Below are positions 28,128-41,273 of a stretch of DNA of 64,000 nucleotides, piece by piece. This DNA is from the human T2T-CHM13v2.0 reference genome, Homo sapiens. Every line of letters begins with the position of its first letter. Positions within the stretch are counted from its first letter, which is position 1. The notes beneath the pieces were generated by a model that had not been told where the DNA came from, did no database searches, and saw only the letters and a program-made list of their open reading frames with translations. Location: assembly GCF_009914755.1 (NCBI RefSeq), contig NC_060937.1. One strand, 5' to 3'. The position numbers and the translations under genes were made by a program.

Positions 28128-29347
28128 TGAGAGGTGACAGCGTGCTGGCAGTCCTCACAGCCCTCGCTCGCTCTTGGCGCCTCCTCTGCCTGGGCTCCCA
28201 CTTTGGCGGCACTTGAGGAACCCTTCAGCCTGCCGCTGCACTGTGGGAGCCCCTTTCCGGGCTGGCCAAGGCCGGAGCCGGCTCCCTCAGCTTGTGGGCA
28301 GGTGTGGAGGGAGAGGCGCGAGCGGAAACCGGGGCTGCGCGCGGTGCTTGCGGGCCGGCGCGAGTTCCGGTGGGCGTGAGCTGGGCGGGCCCCGCACTGG
28401 GAGCGGCTGGCCGGCACCGCCCGCCAGGCAGTGAGGGGCTTAGCACCTGGGCCAGCGTTGCTGTGCTCAATCTCTTGCCGGGCTTTAGCTGCCTTCCCGC
28501 GGGGCAGGGCTCGGGACAGGCAGCCTGCCATGCCTGAGACTCCCCGCCCCTCCCTGGGCTCCTGTGCGGCCCGAGACTCCCCGACGAGCACCGCCCCCTG
28601 CTCCAGGGCGCCCAGTCCCATCGACCACCCAAGGGCTGAGGAGTGCGGGCGCATGGCGCGGGACTGGCAGGCAGCTCCACCTGCAGCCCCTGTGCGGGAT
28701 CCACTGGGTAAAGCTAGCTGGGCTCCTGAGTCTGGTGGGGACTTGGAGAACCTTTATGTCTAGCTAAAGGACTGTAAATACACCAATCAGCACCCTGTGT
28801 CTAGCTCAGAGTTTGTGAATGCACCAATGGACACTCTGTATCTAGCTACTCTGGTGGGGACTTGGAGAACCTTTGTGTCCACACTCTGTGTCTAGCTAAT
28901 CTAGTGGGGAGTTGGAGAACCTTTGTGTCTAGCTCAGGGATTGTAAACGCCCAATCAGCGCCCTGTCAAAACAGACCACTCAGCTCTCTGTAAAATGGAC
29001 GAATCAGCAGGATGTGGGTGGGCCAGATAAGAGAATAAAAGCAGGCTGCCCCGAGCCACCAGTGGCAACTCGCTGGGGTCAACTTCCACACTGTGGAAGC
29101 TTTGTTCTTTCACTCTTTGCAATAAATCTTGCTACTGCTCACTCTTTGGGTTCACACTGCCTTTATGAGCTGTAACACTCACTGTGAAGGTCTGCAGCTT
29201 CACTCCTGAAGCCAGCGAGACCACGAACCCCACCAGAAGGAACCAACTCTGGACACACCGCCTTTCAGAACTGTAACACTCACTGCGAGGGTCCGCGGCT
29301 TCATTCTTGAAGTCAGTGAGACCAAGAAACCACCAATTCCGGACACA
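28128..29347 (+). mobile_element. LTR12C (ERV9) solo LTR, 1220 bp
   Basis: Begins TGAGAGGTGACAGCGTGCTGGCAGTCCTCACAGCCCTCGCTCGC and ends CCAATTCCGGACACA; perfect 4-bp TSD GTAC at 28124-28127 and 29348-29351; U3 tandem subrepeats tctagct/ggagaaccttt. Confidence 0.96.
28740..29126 (+). promoter_or_regulatory. ERV9 LTR enhancer/promoter motifs (NF-Y CCAAT boxes, GATA, AATAAA-type TATA, poly(A) signal)
   Basis: CCAAT at 28783, 28824 and 28951, with one degraded to cgaat near 29000; agataa followed by aataaaa at about 29025-29040; AATAAA at 29121. Activity is inferred from the family and not shown by the sequence. Confidence 0.6.
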
Positions 29348-29639
29348 GTACTAGACCCAGGCTTTTGCTATCTTATGTGGAACTCTATCAGTGAACCACA
29401 TTGACACCGGGACTCACTATGAGCTTGGCCAACATTTCTGTCCCATACTACTGTCTGAAATGTTTCACATAATCTCTTTTCTTTCCATTCTCCTCTCATT
29501 GGTGTGGCATCTGTATCACAGTCTGAAGACTCTCTTTGCTTCTCCTCCCTTCATTCTTCACAAGTATTTCCCCACAACAGTTCCCCTGCACGTCATATTC
29601 CATCAGGTTGTCTGTTTCTCAAATGACCAGAATTGATCA

Positions 29640-31310
29640 TAATTGTACCCAGGAGAGGTCAATAAAGACAATTAGTTAAATAGTGCTCAGGGTCTAGATC
29701 ACCGACTGCCAGCTCTGACTGCACTGTACTGCAAGGAAGAATGCATCCTGAGTAGAGTGTAAGACACAAATTCTCCCTGGCTCAAAGTGAAAGCCTGAGT
29801 GCTGAAGATTTCACCAGAGGTGATCCAGCAAAACACCCTGATTACAAGTGGAATGATTCACACCTGAGAGTCATATGGGATTAACAATGCCTATGAGATC
29901 AGCCAAGCTGGCTCATCATTACTAAGTAGTATTGACACCCTGGAGAGTGGTAACAAGTGATAACATGAAATTTAAGGCAATAAACAGGTGTAAATTATTT
30001 AATAAATAGTTCAAGGCTAAATACAAGACCTAGAGGCCTTTTTATTTTTTTGTAGATTATAAAAACATCCTTATATTTTTCAATAGGAGAGCAAACAAAC
30101 TGAGGAACAGTCTGACTACTTAAGTGTCTGTTCTAGAGAAGCTTACATGCCCAGCCAAGGCAGCTTTATTATGGGAAGATCAAGGTTTCTGTTGGGAAGA
30201 TCTGGGACACTGAGACATGAGATGGAGACATCTAGCTAGATTCCACAAAGATCTTGCTTCTGCAGATGCCTCCTGAGCCATCCTCCCTATTAGGAACTAG
30301 AACTTTTATCATGAGAGAAGATACTTCAGAGATCACCATCTTTCAAGGAAACAATTGCTTCCTCTCTCAGACACCAATCTGAAAAGCAGGGTTAATTCCA
30401 AGCATAGTCTGGCTGGGACCTGAGAAAGGAGATAAATTTCACCTTGAAAGAGCTGAAAAGATAGTAGCTAGTATGCACTATCAGGAGTCAGTAGAAGACA
30501 TCTGAAATTGTATTTGAAGTTGCTTTATATCAAGGAGTCTATTAGAAATATAATGGTGAATGGGGCCCCAACGTCCCTAAAAAGCTCAGCTGTGGCTCTT
30601 TTCTCCAGGTCAGGGATTATGGCAGAGGTAGCAGTCGTAGAGTTAAGCTTGTTAATAGCCCTGGAAATGGTGAGGTCTCAAAATAACAGAGGCCAGGTAG
30701 TGGTATTTATCTGATAGAAGCAGCAGACCACAATGATAGAGACAACTGGGAAAAACCTAGAACCAACCAAAGGTTTCACCCACCTAAGTAGTATTGCTAA
30801 CAGAGCATGGCATCAGTCAGACCCAAATTAACAGACAGAAAATGGGAGTCATCCTTAATGTTCAGACAGAAGAAAGTAAGGTTGATGGTGGTTCCTTTCA
30901 TCAGTCTATTTAAAATGCCAATATGGTCCTTTAAAAAAATAGAGAGAGAATGTATACTACCTAAAGCTTAACAATTAGTAGCCATGATTGCTGCGCTGTA
31001 TGTAGTATCAATGCTAGAGGATAAGGCTTCAGGTACGAGTTGTATAGCTATGGGTTTGATTAACTAATTGTTTTCTATTCTTATCAATAAATCAGATAGA
31101 GTTTACATTCACTTGAACTGTCCTAAATATTCATATATAATTTTGTCCCAGGTTATACTAATTCTTTCAAGTATGTCATACTATAATTAGAAGGAATCTA
31201 GATCATAAATTCATCTGACATGTGATAACATTGGCCTATTATATTGATGATTTTATGCCTATCCAGCAGAATGAGCGAGGTGAAGCTAGTATTTCTTTAT
31301 ACTGGCAGTG
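29640..31310 (+). mobile_element. ERVL-class internal sequence (ERV3-16A3_I-like), decayed gag and pol
   Basis: ORF 30508-30714 GAPTSLKSSAVALF...NNRGQVV resembles ERVL gag; tatattgatgat (YIDD, RT catalytic motif) at 31240-31251; many stops and deletions. Confidence 0.7.
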
Positions 31311-31369
31311 GATATTAGAAAATGTAAATTCCAAGGGGCCATTTTCGATAACACCAAAATATAAAATAA

Positions 31370-31728
<359 letters not shown>

Positions 31729-31940
31729 CAGAGCAGTTTTTAATAAATCTAATACACTATCTTAATCTCAATTTATGCAATGAAATAAGAAATATCTCCT
31801 GTGGCATAGTGCAATTAACCTTGTGAAAACTTCATGAAACCATACCTTTGTAAAAAGCCACAAACTAGTATATTCTACAACCTTATGGATACCAGAAAGA
31901 GATTTCCTGATATCCTCCTTTTTAAAAGTATGTTATTTTT

Positions 31941-32279
<339 letters not shown>

Positions 32280-32699
32280 CTAATGTGTTGTATCTATGTT
32301 AGTCTCACTCCCATTTTACTAAAACTACTTCGAACTATATAGAATTTAGAGATTATTTTGAATGCATTAAGTAATCTCATTGGCTGTAGAATTAAGAACA
32401 ACCACATGGAAGAAGACTGTGGGAAAGTTCAGTGTGGAGGTACTAAAGATATGACAAATGTTTAGGAATGTGCCTGTGTAATAAAGATGGCCAGGATGGC
32501 AGTTTGGTTGTTCTACCTGTTACTAGTTGGCACACTGTTGAAAAAAGGAAACGAAAGGCATAAAATTCCAATTAAGGGGCCCAGAAAAGGCAATCTCATG
32601 TAGCATTAGAGGAGACAAGAGGACCATTGAATGAACTAATATACCTAAGATGTGAAAATAATATGCCATTTCCCGAGAGACCAACTCTGACTACTCAAA

Positions 32700-32872
32700 A
32701 GAAATTCTAAGATGTTCTTAACTTTTTCCCCTTTTTGCCATTTCTGAAATCAGGATGAATCTTAAAATTGATGATGGCTTTCAAAGGAATTTGTCATTTT
32801 TTTCACATTTTAGCACGTCTGAAATCAGTGTATCTGATGATCGGTGAAATCTTAGAGTGAATGAAAACCAGT
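32700..32872. mobile_element. MER104-like (TcMar-Tc2) element
   Basis: ttctaagatg...tctgaaatcaggatg...tttcacattttagcacgtctgaaatc...cttagagtgaatgaaaaccagt; internal repeat of tctgaaatca. Confidence 0.5.
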
Positions 32873-34235
32873 GGGTTGTTCCATTATACTCTCTAATCTA
32901 CAATTTTATGTGTTTTTATTTGTGTTTTGATAGAAAAAGTAGAGAAAGGACTTAGTGTCATAGTTTTTCAAATGCTGTTTACCTCATGGTGGTTTCATTA
33001 CATGAAAAATCGTTTTGATATATCATCACTTTAAAATGAAATTGGTTCAGGGAGGCGAGTAAAGGTTGCATTTATGCAGGTTACTGGAGAAATGGTGGTT
33101 TTCTTAAAGATATTTTATTAAGAAGGAATGAGTATATAAGTGGAGTGCTAGACTGGTGCTTTCTTTTCCGGTTTATCATGAACGTGTCTACCTCATTTGA
33201 CTTGATGTGAGTTATTTGCTTCCCAATGTCTAAAACTTTAGAGCAAAGTAAGAATGAGGCTGTTGTAGGTGATAAACAGATAGTAGGAAAGCAGAAGAGA
33301 GAGGCAACATGGAAGAAAATACTTTCTCCAAAGTGATATTCAATCTTTACTTTTTCTTTTACAAATAGGTTTGTAAAATGAGTAAGGATGGAATGTTAGT
33401 TCAGGAAACTATTGTAAGTCATGTTATTCATCTGTCTTAAAATCTTTATATTGTCCTAACCTGAGGGAAAAGGAAATTATCTTTTAGACAAATTGTAAAT
33501 GTAGCTATCAAAAAGTAGTGTGCCCTAGGAGGTAGGGCTTTGGAAGGAAACTATATAATAGTAAATAAAAGGGAAAGTATAGACTATTATGTTGGTTAGA
33601 AATGGAAATAATGACACTAAATATAATAGAACTATGTGAACATTACTACACCTTTTAAAAATATGGAGAGGCAAATTTCTAAATATAAAAATAAGTGGAA
33701 TCCCAGAAAAATTTCAGATTCGTATATTTTGGAATCATAAGGAAGTAATAGGAAATGACGATTAGGCAGGTTTTCATGAAAGATGACAAACAAGTAGCTC
33801 TTTGGGATCTTACTGATGAGAAAACATGAGGAAAGTAAGGAATAAGAATAGAAAAAGGAAATATCTGTTTTCAGGCACATTTTCATTAATTAGACTGCAA
33901 TAGTGTTAGTTTGGAAAAATATTTGATTATATATTCTATGTATAATCTAGGAGGCAATATGTCAAACCTTGTATTATTGTTTATGCTGGGTCTACTCCAA
34001 CTATTTTCATTGCTAGATAGAGGAACTGGTTCCAGACAGAAATCCTAAAGTCTATAATGTGCAAGTCCCTGACCTAAGTATCATCCTGAGAGCTCTCTAC
34101 GAAATATTCTCTTCCTGTGACTTTTTATACAAAGCAATAAACCTGTGGCTCAGCTCTTCTGGAGGTAACCTTCCACAAAAAAATTTGTTTGTATTTCTTG
34201 TTGTTAGGGGAAATTTAAAAAGATGGTATCTTCTA

Positions 34236-34309
34236 TTAGGTTGGTGCAAAAGTAATTGCATTTTTTGCCATTACTTTTATTTTTAACAATTACTTTTACA
34301 CCAACCTAA
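34236..34309. mobile_element. MADE1 (Hsmar1-derived palindromic MITE)
   Basis: Arms TTAGGTTGGTGCAAAAGTAATTG and CAATTACTTTTACACCAACCTAA are 22/23 complementary; TA TSD at 34234-34235 and 34310-34311. Confidence 0.93.
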
Positions 34310-35364
34310 TAGTATTGATGAGAGTCTTAGACCTTAGTAGTGATTTTTATCTTATCAACATATCCATAGTCTACATCATGTTTTGGTTATGGTTATTTTT
34401 CTGATGGAAAAAAAAACAAGAAGCATCCCAGTAGATAAACACACACAATAAATACTGAACACTTATTTATTTCACTTCTTGTTTTCCTGTTAGAATTTCC
34501 AGGCCGTGGAAGAACATTAGAAAAGGTACAGAAACAAGCTTCATTCCTAAATAGAATTCCTTTCGCATTAGTCTAAAACTGTTCCTAAGTACCCCCACGA
34601 TATTTCCCCTATGTCCATATTTCTAAAATTGTGTTTCATTGTGTTAATAGATGTCTAGAATATATTATTTTGTCAAATAGCTCTGGGAAACACAAGGTTA
34701 ACTTATTATACAAATATTTATTATATATTTCTAAGAGTTAAGTACAATATGATAAATATCCCAAATAAATTTGCTCATCAAGTACTGCTAACTGCAAATG
34801 GATTTTCAATTAATTCAGTTGACAGACCTTTGAGTGAAAGATTTATTATATTCAATAGTCAATGGATTTCTGAATTCAGTGAAGTTGCAGACAAGTATTT
34901 TTTTTTAGCTCACCTGCTTAGTGAGCTAACAAGAATACATTGTTTTCTGATCCCAATATGCTCCATAGATATAAAGACAATACTTAAAGTCATTATTTAC
35001 TTTTTTCTTACGTTGGGCAATATTTCAAACTAATAAAAATCCAGAGTCCCTCTCATGACCAGGCCATAGGAAAGTTTCATTTTCCTACATTCTATTTGAA
35101 GTATTATTCCAATATTATGATTAAATCTTACAAAACCAGTTATTGTTGTGTTTACCAAGTTTGCAGCTTCTTATCATTGCTCCAACTAGTTTCTTTTGTT
35201 TAGCTTCTTGATTTTCTTTCCATTGTTATGTTTAGTTTTATATATTTTATAACACCATCTATAGTTAGTCTAAAAAAAGCCATTCAATTCTCAGTTCATG
35301 ATAGTACAGAACTTTGTACAGCCTACCATTACAACTTATCTCTGGATATGAGATAAATTGTTTT

Positions 35365-35539
35365 TTAATTTAATTTTTATTTTTTATTTTTTGAGTTTAC
35401 ATTGTAGGTGTATATATTTATAGATACATGAGCTGTTTTGATACAAGCATACAATGTATAATAATCACATTATAGAAAATGGGGTATTCATACCCTCAAG
35501 CATTTATGCTTTGTGGTACAAACAATATGATTATACTCT
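35365..35539 (-). mobile_element. Short L1MA2/3-like 3' end
   Basis: T-rich tail then gtaggtgtatatatttat...aataatcacat...aaatggggtattcataccctcaagcatttat. Confidence 0.8.
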
Positions 35540-35829
35540 AGAAGTGTATTTTTGAATGAAAAAACAACAAATATAGATTAATTAGCAAGCTTTAAAAATT
35601 CAGATGGCCTATGCAAAATGTTTCTACCTTCTTAAAATCATATATATATGTATAAATTAAATGGAGATACAAGTTTTCAATTATCTTTTTAAAAATCAAT
35701 AAGATTGATTATGCACAGTGATAGTAGGGGAGTGGGTGGAAAAAGAGGCATTCATAGAAGGTGAGAATTCTTATCTATGATCAAATCCATCAGAGTACCT
35801 GAATCTACTCCACAGTTAATGTCTTTCTT

Positions 35830-36410
35830 CCTGTTAAGATTGAAGTATGTCTACTCCTAACTTTGATGAGTCTTTTCATTTGTACTCCAGATTCCATCCT
35901 CTTTCCACTTCTCACAGTCATCATTCATACAATTTTCTCATGCTTCCATATCCTCATTTTCCCTCTCCACTGGACTATTTTCATCACCATACATTATACA
36001 AACATACTATAGTATCTGCCATCTCAGAAACTCTCTTTTGAGTCCATGTCCCCTAGAACACTTTATGTTTTGTTTCAAATTTTGGAATTAGTTGTCTACA
36101 TTTGCGGTCTTTATCACTTTCCATTCTCTTCTTTGAAGTACCATTTGTCAATTGCCTCCATGACATCAAACCCAATAGGGTGTATCTGGTCTCATCTTGT
36201 TCAATAGCTCAACCATATTTGGTCACTGTTTACCACTCCCATTCTTGAAGTGCTCTTCTTTGGCCATAATACCATGGCCTCCTAATTTTCCTCCCACCTC
36301 ACTGAACACTAGACAGAATATCTCTTGTGTCAGCAACTTTTACTCTGCTCAACTCCCAAATGTTGGAGTTCTCCAGGGCTCCATGGTGGAATCTCTTCCA
36401 TTTTTTTTCA
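35830..36410 (+). mobile_element. L2 fragment
   Basis: ccctctccactggactatt, aattgcctccatgacatcaaacccaat, aaatgttggagttctccagggctc. Confidence 0.65.
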
Positions 36411-36429
36411 TTATAATATATTCACGTAT

Positions 36430-37283
36430 TTTTACTATTTTTTTTATTTCCATGGGTTATTGGGGAACAGATGGTGTTTGGTTACATTAATAAGTTCTTT
36501 AGTGGTGATTTGTGAGAGGTTTGTACACCCATCAGCTGAGCAATATACACTGCACCCTATTTGTACTCTTTTATCCCAAACCCCCTTCCCATCCTTTCCT
36601 TGAGTCCCCAAAATCCACTGTGTCATTCTCACGCCTTTGCGTCCTCATAGCTTAGCTCGCACTTATGACTGAGAATATAGGATGTTTGGTTTTCCATTCC
36701 TGAGTAACTTCACTTAGAATAATAGTCTCCAATCTCATCCAGGCCACTGCAAATGCCATTAATTCATTATTTTTTATGGCTGCATAGTATGCCATCATAT
36801 ATATGTACCACAGTTTCTTTATCCACTCGTTGATTGATGGACATTTGGGTTGATTTCACGTTTTTGCAATTGCAAATTGTGCTGTTATAAACGTGTGTGC
36901 AAGTATCTTTTTTGTATAATAACTTCTTTTCCTCTGGGTAAATATCCAGTAGTGAGATTGCTGGATCAAATAGTAGTTCTACTTTTAGGTCTTTAAGGAA
37001 TCTCCACACTATTTACCATAGTGGTTGTACTAGTTTACATTCCCACCAGCAGTGTAGAAGTGTTCCCTGTTCACCACATCCATTCCAACACCTAGTATTT
37101 TTTTTTTTTTTATTATGGCCTTTCTTGCAGGAGTAAGGTGGTATTGCATTGTGGTTTTTATTTGCCTTTCCCTCATCATTAGTGATGTTGAGCAATTTTT
37201 TTTGTATGTTTGTTGGCCATTTGTACATCTTCTGAGAATTGTCTATTCATGCCCTTAGCCCACTTTTTGATGGAATAGTTTGT
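36430..37283 (-). mobile_element. L1PB1-like 3' end
   Basis: ggttattggggaacagatggtgtttggttac, gcctttgcgtcctcatagcttagctc, cctgagtaacttcacttagaataat; ORF2 C-terminal peptides in ORFs 36767-37009 and 37013-37228. Confidence 0.88.
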
Positions 37284-40200
37284 GATTTGGATAAAAGTCA
37301 TTTTAAATAGAGTCAGATAATATCTCATTATAGTTTTCATTTGCATTTTTCTGATGATGAATGATGTTGAGAACTTATTCACATGCCTGTTTTCCTTTTG
37401 TATGTCTTGTGAGAAATGTATATTCAGATCTTTTGCCCATTTCTTAATTGGATTATTATATTTTTTTCCTATAGACTTGTGTGAGCTTCTTATATATTAT
37501 GGTTATTAATCCCTTGTCAGATGGGTAGTTTGCAAATATTTTCTCCCATTCTATGGGCTGTCCCTTTACTTTGTTGATTGTTTTCTTTACTGTGCAGAAG
37601 CTTTTTAATGTGATGTAATTCCATTTGTTCATTTTTGCTTTGGGTGGTCATGCTCGTGGAGTATTATGCAAGAAATCTTTGCTCACATCTTTATCCTGGA
37701 GAGTTTCTCCAATGTTTTCTTGTAATAGTTTTATAAATCAAGGTCTTAGATTTAAGTGTTTAATCCATTTTCATTTGGTTTTATTTGATTTTTGTATATG
37801 GTGAGAAATAGGAGTCTAGTTTTCTTCTTCTGCATATGGATATCTAGTTTTCTGTATATCATTTCTTGAAGAGACTGTCTTTTCTCCAATGTAATAGGTT
37901 AGTACAAATTAATTGCAGTTTTTGCCATTACTTTCAATACCAAATACATGTTCTGGGCAACTTTGTCAAAAAATGAGTTCACTGTAGATGAATGAATTTG
38001 TTTCTGGGTTCTCTAATCTCTTCCACTGGTCTATGTTTCTGTTTTTATGGCAGTACTATACTGTTTTGGTTTCTATAGCTTTGTAGTATAATTTGAAGTC
38101 AGGTAATGTTATTCCTCCAGTTTTGTTCTTTTTGTTCAGAATAGCTCTGGGTATTCTGGGTCTTTTGTGGTTCCATATACATTTAGTATAGTTTTTTATT
38201 TATGTGAAGAATGTCATTGGTATTTTGATAGGGATTGCATTGAATCTGTACATTGGTTTGGGTAGTATGGACATTTTAACAATATTGATTCTTTCAATCC
38301 ATGAACATGAAATACTTTTCCAATTTTTGTGTTTCTTCTTCAATTACTTTCATTAGTGTTTTGTAGATTTCACTGTATAGATATTTTGCTTCATTAGTTA
38401 TGTTAATTCCTCAGTATTCAATTTTATTTGTGGCTATTGTAAATATAATTACTTTTTGCATTTATTTTAGATTGTTCAGTGTTGGCATATAAAAGTGCTG
38501 CTAATTTATGTATGATAATTTTGTATCCTGCAACTTTACTGAATTTGTTTATCTTGTTTATCAGATTGCAGAGTTTCTTTTTTGTTGTTGAAGTGCTTAC
38601 TTTAAAAAAAAATAAGATCATATTATCTGCAAACAAGGATAATTTGATTTCTTCCTTTCCAATTTAAGTGCTCTTTATTTATTTCTTTTGTCTGATTGCA
38701 TAACTAGGACTTCCAGTACTATGTTTAGTAACAGTGGTGAAAGTGGGCATCCTTGTCTTATTCCAGATCTTAGGGGAAATGCTGTCACTTTTTCCCCATT
38801 CAGTATGATACTAGCTGTGGGTCTGTCATGTATGGGTTTTATTATATTAGCAGGCATGCTTTATTTTTTTATCCTCTTTTCTTTTATCTCCTTTTACAAT
38901 GTATTTTCACATAGCCTGTTTTCATGCTCACTGTTTTTTTCTTCTGTTTGACCAATTCTGCTATTAAGAGATTCTGATGCATTCTTCAGTATGTTAATTG
39001 TGGTTTTCAACTCCAGATTTTCTGCTTAATTTTAATTATTTCAATGTCTTGTTTCATTTATCTGACAGAATTCTGAAGTCCTTCTCTGTGTTATCTTGAA
39101 TTTCTTTGAGTTTCCTCAGCTATTTTGAATAGCTTCTTCAGTTTCCTAAGCTATTTTGAATTCTCTGTCTGAAGAGACAAATATCTCTGTTTCTCCAGGA
39201 TTGGCTCCTGGTACCTTAATCAGTTCATTTGTTGAGCTAATGTTTTCCTAGCTGGCCTTGATGTTTGTTGATGTTCATTGGTGTTGGGACATTAAAGAGT
39301 TAGAAATTTATTGTGGCAATCTGGGCTTCACAGTCTATGTCTGTCCTTCTTGGGAATGCTTTCCAGGTATTCAAAGGGACTTGGGTTCCAAACCCTGTAA
39401 TGATGCTGTTCTCATAGACTCATAGAGGTACCAGCTATGTGGTCTTGTGTAAGGTCCAGAAGAATTACCTGGACTACCAGGGAAAAACTCTTCTTATCTT
39501 CCCTTACTTTCTCCCAAACAAATGGCATGTCTCTGTCTCTCTCTCTCTCTCTCTTTCTCCATCATGAGCTGCTTGGAGCTGGGGGTGGGATGACACAAGC
39601 ACCCTTGAGACCACCACCAGTGGAACTGCCCTAGGTCAGACGTGAATCCACCACAGCACCGAGTCTTGCTCAAGGCCCGCTGTAACCACTACCTGACTAC
39701 CACCTATGTCAGCTCCAGGCCCTGAGGCTCTACAATCAGCAGGTGATGAAGCCATCCAGGTTTATATTCTTCCATTCAGGGTGGCAAGTTCCCCTAGCCC
39801 CTAGATGGGTCCACCAATGCTGTCTGGCAGCCAGGGATTAGAGTCAAAAACCTTAGAAATCCACCTGATATTCTATTCTATTGTAGCAAAGCTGGCACTC
39901 AAACCACAGGACGAATCCTTCCTGTTCTTCTCTCTTCTTTCTACAAGTAAGGAGCCTCGCTTCATGGCTGTCACCATTATCAGCCCATGGAGAGTTCTGT
40001 CATTTCACTGTCAATCTTCGCTTAAGGTCCATGGGCTCTTCAGTCAGTTTTTGGTGAATGTTGTCAGGCCTAGGACTCATTCTTCAGGTCAGTGGGCTCC
40101 CTTCTGGCCCAGGGCAGGCCCAGAAATGCTGCGCAAGAGCCTAGGTGTGGAATTTATGACCCCAAGGGCCTACTTGCTGTTCTACCTCACTATAGCTGAG

Positions 40201-41180
40201 CTGGTACCTGAAGTACCAGTGAAATCTCAGGATTTCACTCAAGGCCCATGGCATACTACCTGGATATTGCTGTTGGTTATTCTGGTCCCAAGGTCTTCTT
40301 AGTCAGCAAGTGATGAATCCTGCCTGGACTGGGTCTTTCCCTTAAAGGCAATGGGTTCCCATTGTATCTGTATCTGGCCCAGGCTGTATCTCAAAATGTT
40401 ATCTGGGAGCTAGGGCCTACAATGAAGGCCTATAGACTCTGCCTGTTGCTCTATCCTACTGTGGCTGAGCTAGTATCTAAGATGAAAGAAAAAGTGCTTT
40501 TTACTCTTCTCTTTCAGCTCTCCTCAAGCAGAAGGAAGGAATCACTTTTGTTGCTGCAAGCTGTACTATCTGTGGTTGGCGAAAAGGAGGCACAAGCATT
40601 CCCCAAGTCACCCTGTCTGGTGTCTAAGTCATGCACTACCCCAGTCCACTGGCTATAAGACCAGCACAGCATCATGACTTGTTTAAGATGCAGCCCTTAT
40701 GTTCAATACCGCTTTTCAAGTTCACCTATGACTCCAGAGCACTTTAGCCCATGATGGCAAGGCTTGCTGGAACTGAAACTCATACAGCTGGAATGGGCAC
40801 TTTCCCTCTGGCTGGGACTGATCTAAATCTTTTCTCCATGAGCAGGTGCTGGTTGAGTTCAACACGGTTTTGCTTTCCACTGTGGCAGCCAGCACTCTGT
40901 TCAATGCAAAGTCCTCAATTCATTGTGTTTTCCCTTCCCCAAGTGCATAGATTATTTCTCTGTGCCACACAGCCACTGCCAGGGGAAGGAAAGAGGCATG
41001 GAGTTAGTGATTCAAGACTGTCTTTTCTACCCTCTTCTGTGCCTCTTTCAGGGATAAAAAGTTAAAATTAGGTACTGTGATTACTCACCTAGTTTTTGGT
41101 TTTTTGAAAGTGCTTTTCTATTTGCAGATGGGGGACAATTAGTGGAGACTTCTATTCTGCCACCTTGCTCCACCCTCTGT
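37284..41180 (-). mobile_element. L1MA-like element: ORF2 3' half, internal deletion, ORF1 remnant and long 5'UTR
   Basis: Minus-strand ORFs give FADNMI and [25 protein letters not shown] (RT); abrupt jump near 38850 to ORF1 sequence; L1M1/2-type 5'UTR 39300-41180 ending ttctattctgccaccttgctccaccc. Confidence 0.85.
37894..37947. mobile_element. Truncated MADE1 inserted into L1MA ORF2
   Basis: ataggttagtacaaattaattgcagtttttgccattactttcaat interrupts L1 ccaatgta|tgttct at a TA. Confidence 0.75.
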
Positions 41181-41273
41181 AACTCAATTTTTTAAAGTAT
41201 TATTTCTCCAATTCTATCCTTTTATTACTGAAGGAGAGACAAATAGACAAGAATTTAGACCGTGATAAGATCC

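Larger units (their letters stand above)
27913..29639 (+). mobile_element. LTR16-family ERVL 5' LTR, split by LTR12C
   Basis: 3' part ttccccacaacagttcccctgcacgtcatattccatcaggttgtctgtttctcaaatgaccagaattgatca resembles the LTR16 terminus and is followed directly by ERVL-like internal sequence. Left boundary uncertain. Confidence 0.6.

Noticed and set aside
28455-28475. Apparent short deletion relative to the LTR12C consensus
   Set aside because: As I recall it, a similar shortened form occurs in many LTR12C copies, so it is not locus-specific.
28103-28767. Cluster of overlapping ORFs up to 183 aa on both strands
   Set aside because: All lie in the GC-rich U3 of LTR12C, where stop codons are rare; no recognisable protein.
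28730-28960. Spaced direct repeats (tctagct / ggagaaccttt) that superficially resemble a CRISPR array
   Set aside because: These are the standard ERV9 LTR U3 subrepeats; there are no unique spacers or cas genes, and the context is primate.
35540-36430. Possible 3' transduction carried by the L1PB
   Set aside because: No second poly(A) tract or enclosing TSD is visible.
39805-41065. ORFs of 98-165 aa
   Set aside because: Antisense frames of the L1MA 5'UTR with no protein features.
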